A stretch of 59,385 bases of DNA from Spirochaetaceae bacterium (lineage in GTDB: Bacteria > Spirochaetota > Spirochaetia > Treponematales > Breznakiellaceae), in assembly GCA_031280035.1 (NCBI GenBank), contig JAITHJ010000011.1, forward strand, positions 1-59,385. Direction: 5' to 3'. The position numbers and the translations under genes were made by a program. Shown here piece by piece: positions 26,077 to 36,759 of this stretch (positions are counted from its first letter, which is position 1; the number at the start of each line of letters is the position of its first letter). The notes beneath the pieces are model-generated. The model saw only the letters and a program-made list of their open reading frames with translations, ran no database searches and had not been told where the DNA came from.

Positions 26077-29055
26077 TTGTTTCTTAAAAGTCTTGATATT
26101 TTTGGTTTTAAATCCTTTGCCGATAAAACCCATATCGAATTCTCAGACGGAATTACCGCCCTTCTCGGGCCTAACGGCTGCGGAAAATCAAATGTCGTTG
26201 ACGCCATAAAATGGACGCTCGGCGAACAAAGATCCGCCGCCATGCGCGCCGAAAAAATGGAGGATGTCATTTTTAACGGCTGCGAATCACGCCACGCCCT
26301 CGGCGTAGCCGAAGTCGCCCTCGTTCTTGCCAACGATAACGGCCTGCTCCCGCGTGAAGAAGCCGAAATCGAAATTAAACGCCGCCTCTACCGATCGGGT
26401 GAAAGTCAGTATTTCATCAACAACCAAGAGAAAAAACTTAAAGATATCCGCGAGCTTTTTTGGGATACAGGCGTTGGTAAAGCCGCCTATTCCGTCATGG
26501 AACAAGGAAAAATCGACCAAGCCCTCTCCTCAAAGCCAGAAGAACGCCGCTATCTCTTTGAAGAAGCCGCCGGTATCACCAAATTTAAGGTGAAAAGTAA
26601 AGATGCCGAACAAAAACTCGCTAAAACTGAAGAAAATGTGCGCCAAGTCGAGGGAATTCTTAAAGAAGTAAAACATTCTCACGACAGCCTTAAAGTCCAG
26701 GCCGAAAAAACCTTGAAATACCGCAGCCTTAAAGATGAGGCCTTTGTTCTTGAACGCGATATTCAGCTGTTACGCCTCAAACAATTCCGTAATGAACATA
26801 ATGCACGCGAGGAAACACTCAGAAAACGTAAAGAAGAACGCGACTTCGTTAAAGCCGAACTCGATGCCGTTACTCAGGCCGTTGGAGAAAGTATGGATGT
26901 AGTCAATGATCTCCAATCCCAATTTAACGCTGCCCAGGTTGAGATTTTCGGACTGGCTAAAGAAAAACAGGGGCTGTACGATAATATAAAGCTGCTCGGC
27001 GAACAACGCGACGGATGTAAAAATATAATCACCTCCAATGAGAACCGTAAAACCGCCGCCGGCCTTAAAATCGAAGAATTATGCGCCGGCGCTGAAGAAC
27101 AGGACGGCATCGTCCTCGATATAAAAAAGAAAGTCGCCGCCATGGAAGAGCAAATAGCTTCCTTTGAACAGAATATCAATCTGGTTTCCTCCCAAATCAA
27201 CGAAAATGAAAAAAAAATCGGTCTCAATGAAGAAGAAATCATACAGCTCGAAAAACGGCAGCGCGTTCTTGAAGAAGAACTTGAAAGTATAACAGGTCGG
27301 CTCGTTACAGAGCTTGACCGCGGACTTAAGGACGCAAACTATTCACGTTCAGAGCGTGAAAACGCGGCAACAGCCCTTGAAGAATCGCTTAGCAAGATAA
27401 AAACAACGCTTGCAGGTAGAAAAGCGATACTGGAAGATCTTGCCGCCGCCGCCGACCGCGCGTCAAGCGGAGGAACGCTGCCTAAACCGGAAGAAATACA
27501 CCGTATCACGCTGAATCTGTCCGAAGAACTCGCCGCCGCCGCCGCGGAATCTGAACGTGCGCTGGATTTTTTTACCACGTACCGGAAAAATACGCCGTCT
27601 TTTCTAGACGAATTCCTTGCGCCTGAAGGAACTATAACAAGAAAACGAAATATAGACAGTGAAATCCACTCGGCAAAAGATACGGTGGCCGCAAAACGTA
27701 ACGAAATATTCAGTCTGCGGGAAGAAAACGGCGGCCTTGGTGTAAAAATCGAGCAGTATCGCACTACCCTACACGATCAAAGAGTAAGCCGTGCACAAAT
27801 GAACGCTCAATCCGGCGCGGCGGAAGAACAGGCCAGACTTATCCGGCGGGAACTCACCGGTCAGCAGGGACAGCTTAAGAATATTGAAGATGAACTTTTT
27901 CTCGCGCGGAAGCGGCTTGAAGAGGTCATTGAACGAATCGAGAATACCGAACACGATATAACCGAAATCGAAGCGAAAGAAAGCCGGCTTGCCTGTAATA
28001 GGGAAAAACTCGAAAAAGAGATAGCGGCACGGTCAAGCGACGTCTCCGGTAAACAGGACGAAATAACAAAAAAGAACGAAGAACTTTCAGGAATTAACAT
28101 AAGCCTTGAGCGTATTCATCTTGAACTTCTCCAGTCCGATACGGAAATAAAAAATATTCAGGATAATTTCCGTGAAACGCACTCCCGCGATCTTCTGGAA
28201 TTTGAAGAAAGAATGTACCAAATAACTTCAAACGCACAGGAGCTGCGTGAAAAACTTTCTGAAATACGTGAGACGCTTAAATCACTCGGTTCAGTAAATT
28301 TCATGGCGCCTGAAGAATTTACCGAGGTTAAAGAACGTTTCGATCATCTTACATCCCAAATGAACGACTTAAGCGCCGCCCGCGCGGATTTAGAAAAAAT
28401 TGTGGCTGAAATCCGCGCTGAGTCTTCAGAGAAATTCATGCTGACCTATAACAAAATCAAAAAGAATTTTCATAATATGTTCCGCCGGCTTTTTGGAGGC
28501 GGGCAGGCGCAGCTTAGGCTTACCGACAACAATCACGTATTAGAATCGGGTATTGAAATATTCGCACAGCCTCCGGGTAAAAAACTTGAAAATATTACCC
28601 TGCTTTCCGGCGGCGAAAAATCAATGACCGCCGTCGCATTGTTATTTGCCACCTATATGGTAAAGCCTTCGCCTTTTTGCCTGCTTGACGAAATTGACGC
28701 GGCGCTGGACGAAGATAACGTCGGGCGTTTTGTACAGCTTCTTCATGAATTCGGCAGTACAAGTCAGTTTATCATAATTACTCATAATAAAAAAACGGTT
28801 ATTGGGGCGTCTACTCTGCTGGGAATTACAATGCAGGAAAAAGGCATCACCAAAACTATTGCCGTTAAGCTCCAGAATGAAGAAGAGGCAGTTAGAAATT
28901 CGCCGCCGCCTGTTATCGGAGAATTTGGAGAATTTGTGGAGGAAGACGTTGAGCCTGAAGAAGGGCGCGAGCTTCCAGCCGGTATAAACGACCCTAACGC
29001 AGTCAGCGAGGTCGAAATTCATCCGATACGAAGCGGTTTGCCGGAAAAGACCTGA
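26077..29055 (+). CDS. smc: chromosome partition protein SMC
   Basis: N-terminal FLKSLDIFGFKSF...LLGPNGCGKSN, long coiled coils with a hinge, and C-terminal LSGGEKSMTAVALLFA...LLDEIDAALD. TTG start. Confidence 0.93.
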   Translation: MFLKSLDIFGFKSFADKTHIEFSDGITALLGPNGCGKSNVVDAIKWTLGEQRSAAMRAEKMEDVIFNGCESRHALGVAEVALVLANDNGLLPREEAEIEIKRRLYRSGESQYFINNQEKKLKDIRELFWDTGVGKAAYSVMEQGKIDQALSSKPEERRYLFEEAAGITKFKVKSKDAEQKLAKTEENVRQVEGILKEVKHSHDSLKVQAEKTLKYRSLKDEAFVLERDIQLLRLKQFRNEHNAREETLRKRKEERDFVKAELDAVTQAVGESMDVVNDLQSQFNAAQVEIFGLAKEKQGLYDNIKLLGEQRDGCKNIITSNENRKTAAGLKIEELCAGAEEQDGIVLDIKKKVAAMEEQIASFEQNINLVSSQINENEKKIGLNEEEIIQLEKRQRVLEEELESITGRLVTELDRGLKDANYSRSERENAATALEESLSKIKTTLAGRKAILEDLAAAADRASSGGTLPKPEEIHRITLNLSEELAAAAAESERALDFFTTYRKNTPSFLDEFLAPEGTITRKRNIDSEIHSAKDTVAAKRNEIFSLREENGGLGVKIEQYRTTLHDQRVSRAQMNAQSGAAEEQARLIRRELTGQQGQLKNIEDELFLARKRLEEVIERIENTEHDITEIEAKESRLACNREKLEKEIAARSSDVSGKQDEITKKNEELSGINISLERIHLELLQSDTEIKNIQDNFRETHSRDLLEFEERMYQITSNAQELREKLSEIRETLKSLGSVNFMAPEEFTEVKERFDHLTSQMNDLSAARADLEKIVAEIRAESSEKFMLTYNKIKKNFHNMFRRLFGGGQAQLRLTDNNHVLESGIEIFAQPPGKKLENITLLSGGEKSMTAVALLFATYMVKPSPFCLLDEIDAALDEDNVGRFVQLLHEFGSTSQFIIITHNKKTVIGASTLLGITMQEKGITKTIAVKLQNEEEAVRNSPPPVIGEFGEFVEEDVEPEEGRELPAGINDPNAVSEVEIHPIRSGLPEKT

Positions 29056-29136
29056 TTGATTCACGCCGTGCAGGATATGGTTTGTTCCAGATATTCTGCG
29101 GAAATATAATAAAATTTTTAAACAAGGAATAAAAAT

Positions 29137-29898
29137 ATGCGGTTTTTTGCCGGATCTAATCTATTATATAATCTTGGTTTTTTTGTACGCGCCGTACGAA
29201 GCGCGCCTTATTTTATAATGAATGGAAAACATTCTCATAGAATATTTGTAATGCAGGTATTATTCACGTTTGTTGAAGCGCTTGGCATTGCTGTTTTTCT
29301 TGCTCTTGGTATAGGCGCGGCGGTAATTGCTATTGGTATGCCGGCGCTTGCCGGATTTTCTCAGGAAAAATTCATCTATCCGCTGTTAATTACGATAATA
29401 ATGCGGGAGGCAGGACCTCTTCTTGTAGCGTTCATTATAATTGCCCGTTCCGCCACAGCAATAGCCACGGAGCTTGCAACTATTGTTATATCTCATGAAG
29501 TTGAAGCGTATATTTCTGTCGGCGTTGATCCGGTTGAACATTTGGCCGTTCCGCGGCTTTTGGCTGTAACATTTTCATCATTTTTGCTTAATGTATATTT
29601 TTCGCTTGCAGGACTTGCAGGATCGTTTCTTGTTGTCAAATTTATATATCCGTTGCCAGCAAATGTTTACTTTGCCAGCCTGTTCAGTAATCTGCATGTT
29701 CTTGACGTTATTATTTCGTTCGTTAAAAGTATAGTATTTGGCGTACTTATTTCGATTATTGCTATAAGCGCGGGTTTTTCCGTAGAACATTCCAGTACCG
29801 AAGTACCTATCGCCGGACTTAAAGCGGTTGGCGTAGCATTCATTTGGTGTATTGCCTCGGATATAGCGCTTTCGGCAGTCTATTATGCTCTGAAGTGA
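29137..29898 (+). CDS. mlaE: MlaE-family ABC transporter permease (orphan; no MlaF/MlaD nearby)
   Basis: REAGPLLVAFIIIARSATAIATELATIVISHEVEAY matches the MlaE/YrbE core motif (RELGPV..A....GRSG.A..AE.G.M...E...A). Five or six TM helices. Confidence 0.75.
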   Translation: MRFFAGSNLLYNLGFFVRAVRSAPYFIMNGKHSHRIFVMQVLFTFVEALGIAVFLALGIGAAVIAIGMPALAGFSQEKFIYPLLITIIMREAGPLLVAFIIIARSATAIATELATIVISHEVEAYISVGVDPVEHLAVPRLLAVTFSSFLLNVYFSLAGLAGSFLVVKFIYPLPANVYFASLFSNLHVLDVIISFVKSIVFGVLISIIAISAGFSVEHSSTEVPIAGLKAVGVAFIWCIASDIALSAVYYALK

Positions 29899-30011
29899 AA
29901 GTAATAGACAAAAACCGGCGCTGATCACGCAAAATATGCAATAGTTCGGTTTTGAATAAAACCGAACGGAGGCTTCACATTTTTTTTGAAAACGGTTACA
30001 TTGGTACAATT

Positions 30012-30668
30012 ATGAAACGTGGAATATTTTTTTTTATTGTAGTTGCTGTTCTATGCATATCAGCCTATTCGCAGTCTTCTGAAGGATTAACGCTCGCCCC
30101 GGGTTTGAATAACGATGATTTAAAAAAACTTATTGATAACCCCGCCGTACTGACTGCAAATGTCAAGGAGCTTCCAAAAGACTCAAATGGGAAAAATTGG
30201 TTTTCATTATTTTGTGATACGCATATTGTTTCTTTAGTTTCGATTGATACTATTTACGCTGTATTAAACGATTACGCAGACTATCCAAAGAATTTCAGTG
30301 GAAGCAAAAAAGTTGAAGTGATTCGCAAGACGAACGAAGGTAACGTTATAAAAGCAACAGCCGGTAAATTGGGTGTAACAAGCACCTATGTGTATCTCCA
30401 GAAAGAGCCTATAAATACATCTTCCGAACATTATATCATAAAAACAGAAATCAACGGTGAGGGAGACGGTACAATGAAAAATATGCTTACTGAATATTAC
30501 CTTAAAACGGTTGTGCTTGATGGAAAATCCTATACATATATAAGATTGCGTGATTTTACAGACTATATGGCAAGAATGCCGGGACAATTGACTGTAATGA
30601 AGAACAGCAATGAAAGTTCACATAAAGAAGGATTAGTGAACATTATAAAAGCGGCTGCCAAAAGATAA
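30012..30668 (+). CDS. secreted hypothetical protein, possibly SRPBCC/START-like fold
   Basis: Signal peptide MKRGIFFFIVVAVLCISAYSQS. The size (~200 aa mature) and alternating beta pattern fit. The fold assignment is a weak inference. Confidence 0.5.
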   Translation: MKRGIFFFIVVAVLCISAYSQSSEGLTLAPGLNNDDLKKLIDNPAVLTANVKELPKDSNGKNWFSLFCDTHIVSLVSIDTIYAVLNDYADYPKNFSGSKKVEVIRKTNEGNVIKATAGKLGVTSTYVYLQKEPINTSSEHYIIKTEINGEGDGTMKNMLTEYYLKTVVLDGKSYTYIRLRDFTDYMARMPGQLTVMKNSNESSHKEGLVNIIKAAAKR

Positions 30669-30681
30669 ATTAAAGTAAAGA

Positions 30682-32157
30682 ATGAAAATACACCATGTTA
30701 TTTTTTTTCTGTTGATTGTATCGGTTACAGTTCAGTCTGTATTTGCTGATGATTCGGAAGCGCGTGGAATAGAGCAGGCGGGAACTGGACATGATGAGGA
30801 TTCAGGCGCTGAACAAACAGATAATTTAGAATCAGGCATTATCCAATCGATAGAAGAGAATGCAAAAAGTGAAACAGCTATTGTTGAAGGAGCGGCGTCC
30901 ACCGCAGCCGGAGCTGGAAAAAACCTTATTGAGGCAGTAGGGTCTTTTTCGAATTCCGCAGTTTCAAGCGGAGTAGAAAAAGCTACCCAAGATTTTCCTG
31001 TTTTCTTAAAACTGGGAATGACGCTTACCATCTTTGGCCTGCAAATACTTTTAATATGGATAGTCTTTCATTTTTCGAAAATTCTTAAAAAGAAAGTTCA
31101 GTTTTTCGGCGGAAAAAAATTTAAAAATGTTCATTTTAAATCTATAGTATTACTGGAATCAAAACAAATTGTAGCCGTTTTTTGTTTTACTATAAATGTT
31201 TTAAAATATGTTCTGGCTGTTTTTCAGCTTATTATTACAATTCCTATAATTTTTAATCTTTTTGAACCTACAAAAAATATTGCGTCAAAACTTTTTGGAT
31301 ACATATTTACGCCTATAAAGAATTTTGCTATCGGATTTATTTCTTATATTCCGAATCTTTTTACAATTATTGTTATTATATTCATTGCGCATTATACATT
31401 ACGCGCATTAAGATTTTTTACACATCATATTGAAAAAGGAAAACTGATTATTCCCGGATTTTACGCAGAATGGGCTTTGCCAACATTTAACATATTACGT
31501 GTATTGCTTATTGCGTTTACAGTTGCTATGGTGTATCCGCATCTTCCAAACTCAGAGTCAGATGTATTTAAAGGGGTTTCTGTATTAGTCGGTATTCTGT
31601 TTTCTTTGGGGTCAAGCTCAATCGTAGGCAATTTAATATCTGGTATTGTTATGACGTATATGCGGCCGTTTCAGCTTGGCGATAGAATAAAAATAAATGA
31701 TATAACAGGATTTGTAATAGAGCGCGGGCCTATGGTTGTACGTATTCGTACCCATAAAAATGAAATTGTTTCAATGCCGAATCAAATGGTAATGAATAAT
31801 TTTATAACAAATTATTCTACGCCTGCATCGCCTGCATCGGAAGAATTGAACGGCCTTATAGTACATTGTCCGGTTTCAGTTGGTTATGATATTCCATGGG
31901 AAAGGGTGCATGAAATTCTTCTTAAAGCTGCTGGTAAAACTGAAAATACTGAAAAAACGCCGGTTCCGTTCATTAATCACTTAAAACTTGATGATTTTTA
32001 CTGTTTATATGAATTAAATGTCTATACAAAAGAAGTTAATATTCTTCCAAAAATATATACGAATTTGTACCGGAATATTCAGTCGGAATTTGCAGAGAAT
32101 AATATAAGTTTGAATTGTCCGCATCTGCATATAGAAAAAAATGTAAGTGAATTTTAG
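30682..32157 (+). CDS. mechanosensitive ion channel (MscS family) protein
   Basis: The pore helix plus beta-domain motif GSSSIVGNLISGIVMTYMRPFQLGDRIKI...GFVIERGPMVVRIRTHKNEIVSMPN is typical of MscS. Confidence 0.85.
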   Translation: MKIHHVIFFLLIVSVTVQSVFADDSEARGIEQAGTGHDEDSGAEQTDNLESGIIQSIEENAKSETAIVEGAASTAAGAGKNLIEAVGSFSNSAVSSGVEKATQDFPVFLKLGMTLTIFGLQILLIWIVFHFSKILKKKVQFFGGKKFKNVHFKSIVLLESKQIVAVFCFTINVLKYVLAVFQLIITIPIIFNLFEPTKNIASKLFGYIFTPIKNFAIGFISYIPNLFTIIVIIFIAHYTLRALRFFTHHIEKGKLIIPGFYAEWALPTFNILRVLLIAFTVAMVYPHLPNSESDVFKGVSVLVGILFSLGSSSIVGNLISGIVMTYMRPFQLGDRIKINDITGFVIERGPMVVRIRTHKNEIVSMPNQMVMNNFITNYSTPASPASEELNGLIVHCPVSVGYDIPWERVHEILLKAAGKTENTEKTPVPFINHLKLDDFYCLYELNVYTKEVNILPKIYTNLYRNIQSEFAENNISLNCPHLHIEKNVSEF

Positions 32158-32160
32158 TAT

Positions 32161-33288
32161 ATGTCAAATATAATTGATCAAATTTTTTGGCGCGGTGATA
32201 TAACATTTAAATTGCGGCCGTTTAATTCCCTTGATAATATTGTTTTTTCTTTACTTGCGTATTTCAGTTTTGACGGGTTTGTACCGGACAATTTTAAAAA
32301 GCCTTATATTAGTTTGGAGAAACTATATAAAATGGTGAAAGATGAGCAAAACGATATTTTTTTTAGTTCTTCTTCGTGCTTTAAAGAATTTCAACGCGAG
32401 TTTTTCAAGAAACTTATGTCTTCTTCAAGATATAAAGATATATGTATAGCGGGTTTTGTAAATAAATTTGATAAGGAACGTGAAATGCAGTTTTCTGCTG
32501 TAACTATATTCCCAAAAGGCGCTCATCCATATATAGCGTTCCGTGGTACTGATTCTACTCTTGTAGGCTGGAAAGAAGATTTTAATATGGCGTTAAACGA
32601 TATTATTCCGGCGCAAACCGAAGCAAAACTTTATGTAAGTAATGCAAGCAAAAAAATATGGGGGAAATTTTATGTGGGCGGTCATTCAAAAGGCGGAAAT
32701 CTTGCAATATACGCCGCCACATGCGTTCCTGTTAAAATACAAAGAAGAATAGTAAAAATATTCAGTAATGACGGCCCTGGATTTCAGCAAAATTTCTTTA
32801 AAGATATAAATTATAAGAGAATAAAAAATAAAATAGAAGCGTTTATTCCGCAAAGCTCCATCATCGGCCTCTTATTTGAACGTGATTATAATATAAATGT
32901 TATTGAGAGTTCTGTACAGGGATTTATGCAGCATAATATGTATACGTGGCAGGTTTGTCCCGATGACTTTGTATATGCGCATGATGTAACAGATAAAGCA
33001 TTAGCCTTGAATAAGGCGGTTATGTCGTGGATTAATAGTATGGATATAAGCCAGAGGGAAAAATTCATTGAGACGCTTTATGAAGCCGTTAATACTACAG
33101 ATATAAATACAATTCCTGATTTTGCTGAAGACTGGTTTCATAATACCGGACGTTTAATCCGTACATTTATAAAAATGAAACCTGAGTCAAAAAAAATTCT
33201 AGTACACACTATTTCAGATTTTATAAGCAGCATGAAAAAACATAAGTGTGAATCATCCGATCAAAAATGTGGAGAACGACATGATTAG
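32161..33288 (+). CDS. DUF2974 / Mbeg1-like alpha/beta-hydrolase-fold protein
   Basis: FRGTD.TLVGWKEDF and the nucleophile-elbow-like GGHSKGGNLAIYAA. Confidence 0.7.
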   Translation: MSNIIDQIFWRGDITFKLRPFNSLDNIVFSLLAYFSFDGFVPDNFKKPYISLEKLYKMVKDEQNDIFFSSSSCFKEFQREFFKKLMSSSRYKDICIAGFVNKFDKEREMQFSAVTIFPKGAHPYIAFRGTDSTLVGWKEDFNMALNDIIPAQTEAKLYVSNASKKIWGKFYVGGHSKGGNLAIYAATCVPVKIQRRIVKIFSNDGPGFQQNFFKDINYKRIKNKIEAFIPQSSIIGLLFERDYNINVIESSVQGFMQHNMYTWQVCPDDFVYAHDVTDKALALNKAVMSWINSMDISQREKFIETLYEAVNTTDINTIPDFAEDWFHNTGRLIRTFIKMKPESKKILVHTISDFISSMKKHKCESSDQKCGERHD

Positions 33289-34048
33289 ATATAAAAATAT
33301 AGACCAAATAAACAGAATACGTGAATCATGCAGAATGTTAAGCGCGATGTATAAAGAATTGATACCAATAGTAGAACCTGGAATTGAAACAATCGCCCTT
33401 GATAGATGGGCGTATAATTGGATTGAAAAAGCCGGCGGAAAACCCGCATTTCTGGGCTATGGCCCGGCAAAACATCCTTTTCCATGTACGCTTTGCGTTT
33501 CTATAAATAATGAAGTTATTCACGGTATACCATCAAAACGGAAGGTTAAGAATGGTGATTTGGTTAGTATTGACTCCGGTATTGTACTAGGCGGTTTTGT
33601 AAGCGATAAATCAGTTACAATTGAAGCAGGGAAAGTAAGTCTTGATGCGCATAAGCTTAATATAACGACGCGTGAATGTTTATACAAAGGAATAGAAGCA
33701 GTTCGTTCAGGCGAACGCCTGCATCAAATTGGCCATGCTATATATTCACATGCATCTGCTTCAGGCTACGGCGTTGTACGCGATTTCTGCGGGCATGGCG
33801 TTGGTTTTGATGTGCACGAAGATCCGTCAGTATCAAATTGTCCAAACGAAGGGCCAAATCCAAGAATGCGCGCGGGTATGGTCCTGGCAATTGAGCCGAT
33901 GATCAATCTAGGAACCGGTGATATTGAAGTACTTGATGATAATTGGACGGTCGTAACTTCTGATGGTAAATTATCGGCTCATTGGGAACATACGGTTGCT
34001 ATATTTGAAGACCATGTTGAAATATTGACGGAAGATATAGGCGCTTAA
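33281..34048 (+). CDS. map: type I methionine aminopeptidase
   Basis: Metal ligand motifs (VSIDSG, GHGVG, LAIEPM, HWEHT). The start at ATG 33281 overlaps the upstream stop by 8 nt. Confidence 0.92.
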   Translation: MIRYKNIDQINRIRESCRMLSAMYKELIPIVEPGIETIALDRWAYNWIEKAGGKPAFLGYGPAKHPFPCTLCVSINNEVIHGIPSKRKVKNGDLVSIDSGIVLGGFVSDKSVTIEAGKVSLDAHKLNITTRECLYKGIEAVRSGERLHQIGHAIYSHASASGYGVVRDFCGHGVGFDVHEDPSVSNCPNEGPNPRMRAGMVLAIEPMINLGTGDIEVLDDNWTVVTSDGKLSAHWEHTVAIFEDHVEILTEDIGA

Positions 34049-34055
34049 TTAAAAT

Positions 34056-34084
34056 TTGACAATTTAAGTTTATACAACTAATAT
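34056..34084 (+). promoter_or_regulatory. sigma70-like promoter (TTGACA-17-TAATAT) upstream of the MATE gene
   Basis: Hexamers and the 17-nt spacer were read directly. Confidence 0.5.
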
Positions 34085-34119
34085 ATTTTAGGATACTATA
34101 GACGAAATTTAAAAATTAA

Positions 34120-35562
34120 GTGATAATTCAAATGAAGATGTCTTATAATAGCGAAAAGAAACCAGAAACGGTGCTTCCTACCGCGGCAAGCAGACTGGGT
34201 ACAGAACCTGTTGGCAAATTAATGTTGCAATTTTCTATTCCGGCAATAACAGGAATGCTTGTAAACGCCCTTTACATTGTAGTGGATCGGATTTTTGTTG
34301 GTCGTGGCGTAGGTGAAATTGCGCTTGGTGGTCTCTCACTTGTTATGCCATTAATGACGCTTACAATGGCATTTGGGATGTTATTTGGTATTGGAGCGGC
34401 ATATATGATATCTATGCGTTTGGGACAGCAGCGAAAAAATGATGCTGAAAATGCATTGAATCATGGATTTTTACTGCTTGTTATATCAGGCGTTATATTA
34501 ACTGTGGTAGAATTCGCGTTCTTTAATCCAATATTTTCGATGCTTGGGGCACAGGAAGGGAGTCTTTCACTGGATTATGCAAAACGTTATTATAGAATAA
34601 CTCTTGCTGGTGAATTATTTTTTATAGTAGGATTTGGTCTTTCACACTGTGCGCGTGCACAGGGTTTTCCGATAATATCAATGATTGGCAATGTTATTGG
34701 CGCCGTTATTAATACAATACTTGATCCTATATTTATATTTTATTTAAAATTAAATGTTGAGGGAGCCGCGCTTGCCACCATAATATCGCAATTTCTTGCA
34801 GTGGTCTGGATGATATATTTTAGCAGAAGTAATAAGGCTGTCATTCGGCTGAAGCTTTCATCATTTAAACTTTCTCTTAATATAATAAAATCTATTACGC
34901 TTTTTGGTTCATCTCCGTCTTTGTTGCAGTTTGCAATAGTTTTTGTTCAGCTTCTGGCAAATTATAGCATGGGATGGTACGGCATTTCTGCTCTTGCAGT
35001 AGAGAATGGAGGCGATATAGCTCAGTCTGGCATGAACATTGTAGGGACAATATCAATGCTTATATTGATGCCGGTCTTTGGGATAAATCAAGGGGTACAG
35101 CCTCTATTGGGATTTAATTACGGAGCAAAGCAGTTTAAGCGTGTTAAAAACGCATTCATGCTTGCCATATTTGCGGCTACAGGAATATGTATTTCCGGTT
35201 TTATCGTTGTGCAGACGATTCCTGATTTAATTGTGATGCAGTTTGATCCTAACTGCAGCCGTGAATTTCTTTTGTGGACGCCATGGGCTTTGCGTATTGT
35301 ACTGATTTTTCTGCCGCTCAATGGGTTTCAAATAGTTGCTACAAATATGTTTGTAGTTACAGGCCGCCCAAAAACTTCAATATTGCTTGGTTTAACAAGA
35401 CAAGTTATAGCTCTTATACCATGTATGATCATATTTGGAAAATTATGGGGATTAAATGGAGTTATAGCGGCATTTCCGGCGGCTGATTGTATTGCATTTG
35501 TATTAACGTCATTCATGATTTATTTTGAATTAAAAAAAATGTCAGCAATGCGGGAAGAATAA
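34120..35562 (+). CDS. MATE-family efflux transporter
   Basis: 12 TM helices. The N-terminal ..LMLQFSIPAITGMLVNALYIVVDRIFVGRGVG pattern is typical of the MATE/NorM family. The start may be a few codons downstream. Confidence 0.85.
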   Translation: MIIQMKMSYNSEKKPETVLPTAASRLGTEPVGKLMLQFSIPAITGMLVNALYIVVDRIFVGRGVGEIALGGLSLVMPLMTLTMAFGMLFGIGAAYMISMRLGQQRKNDAENALNHGFLLLVISGVILTVVEFAFFNPIFSMLGAQEGSLSLDYAKRYYRITLAGELFFIVGFGLSHCARAQGFPIISMIGNVIGAVINTILDPIFIFYLKLNVEGAALATIISQFLAVVWMIYFSRSNKAVIRLKLSSFKLSLNIIKSITLFGSSPSLLQFAIVFVQLLANYSMGWYGISALAVENGGDIAQSGMNIVGTISMLILMPVFGINQGVQPLLGFNYGAKQFKRVKNAFMLAIFAATGICISGFIVVQTIPDLIVMQFDPNCSREFLLWTPWALRIVLIFLPLNGFQIVATNMFVVTGRPKTSILLGLTRQVIALIPCMIIFGKLWGLNGVIAAFPAADCIAFVLTSFMIYFELKKMSAMREE

Positions 35563-35567
35563 AATAA

Positions 35568-36716
35568 ATGATATTAATCGCATTATGTCCTGTTGGTTTT
35601 GAAAAAACATTATCGCTTGAAATAAAAAAACTTGCGCTTAACAGTGGTATATTGTATAGAATTATTGATTTATCGTATGGCAAACTACGATTTGAAACTG
35701 ACATAAAAGGATTATATTACGCGCTTATAGGCTTGCGTACGGCTGATAGAATATTGCTGCAATGCGCTTCTTCCGTTGTTCATGATTTTGACGATCTGTT
35801 TGAGCTTGCACATAATATTCCTTTTGAAGATTATATACCCAAGAATATGCCGCTTATTATAGAAAAAGTTAGAACAAATCGTTCATCTCTTTCTGCAAAA
35901 ACCAGTATTCAATCAGTTGCGCATAAGGCCATTGCATCAAGGCTTTGTACAAAATATGGTTTGCGGCGTCTTGCAGAAAACGGCATCCCAGCAGCATTGC
36001 GTATTTATATTGAAAAAGACAAGGCCGAAATTTTGCTTGATCTTTGCGGGGACCCATTATACAAACGCGGATACAGAACGGAAGGCGGCATTGCTCCGCT
36101 GAGAGAAACAATTGCAGCTGCCGCTCTTTTATCGTCAGGATGGAAACGTAAGTATCCATTATATGATCCTTTTTGCGGATCCGGTACAATTGCAATAGAA
36201 GCCGCGTTATATGCTTATAATATTGCACCGGGTTTGGGAAGAAATTTTTTTCTTGAGAAACTGTTATTCATCAGTAAAAAAGATATTGTTACGGCGCGCG
36301 AATTTTTTCTTCAAAAAATTGATTATTCATATAATGTTTGTATAACGGGAAGCGATTATGATAACACGTTAATAGAAACTGCAAAACGAAATCTTAGGCG
36401 CGCGTTTAATATAAAAAATCCGCCGGATAATTTTTCTTCAGTTAAATTTTATACACTTCCTGCAGGAGACACACAGACTTTTGAAAATAATGGCTTTATA
36501 GTTACAAATCCTCCCTATGGAATAAGACTTGGCGATACTGCCGCCGCTGAAGAAAATTACAAAAAGATGGCGGTTTTTAAAGACCGTTTCAGCGGATGGC
36601 ATATTATTGTATTATCGGATCATGAAGGATTTGAATCTTATTTTGGCGGCAAGGCTGATTCATGCCGTGAAATAATATGCGGCGCGTTGAAACTATATTT
36701 ATATACGTTTCATTGA
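35568..36716 (+). CDS. THUMP-domain class I SAM-dependent RNA methyltransferase (RlmL/YpsC-like)
   Basis: THUMP N-domain, PLYKRGYR, DPFCGSGTI (SAM motif I), NPPYG (motif IV). Confidence 0.85.
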   Translation: MILIALCPVGFEKTLSLEIKKLALNSGILYRIIDLSYGKLRFETDIKGLYYALIGLRTADRILLQCASSVVHDFDDLFELAHNIPFEDYIPKNMPLIIEKVRTNRSSLSAKTSIQSVAHKAIASRLCTKYGLRRLAENGIPAALRIYIEKDKAEILLDLCGDPLYKRGYRTEGGIAPLRETIAAAALLSSGWKRKYPLYDPFCGSGTIAIEAALYAYNIAPGLGRNFFLEKLLFISKKDIVTAREFFLQKIDYSYNVCITGSDYDNTLIETAKRNLRRAFNIKNPPDNFSSVKFYTLPAGDTQTFENNGFIVTNPPYGIRLGDTAAAEENYKKMAVFKDRFSGWHIIVLSDHEGFESYFGGKADSCREIICGALKLYLYTFH

Positions 36717-36759
36717 CGGATTTTTTGCTGCGATCATCATTGTATTTATTAAAATGCGG

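Noticed and set aside
25947-26333. A 128-aa minus-strand ORF.
   Set aside because: It is antisense to the highly conserved N-terminus of smc.
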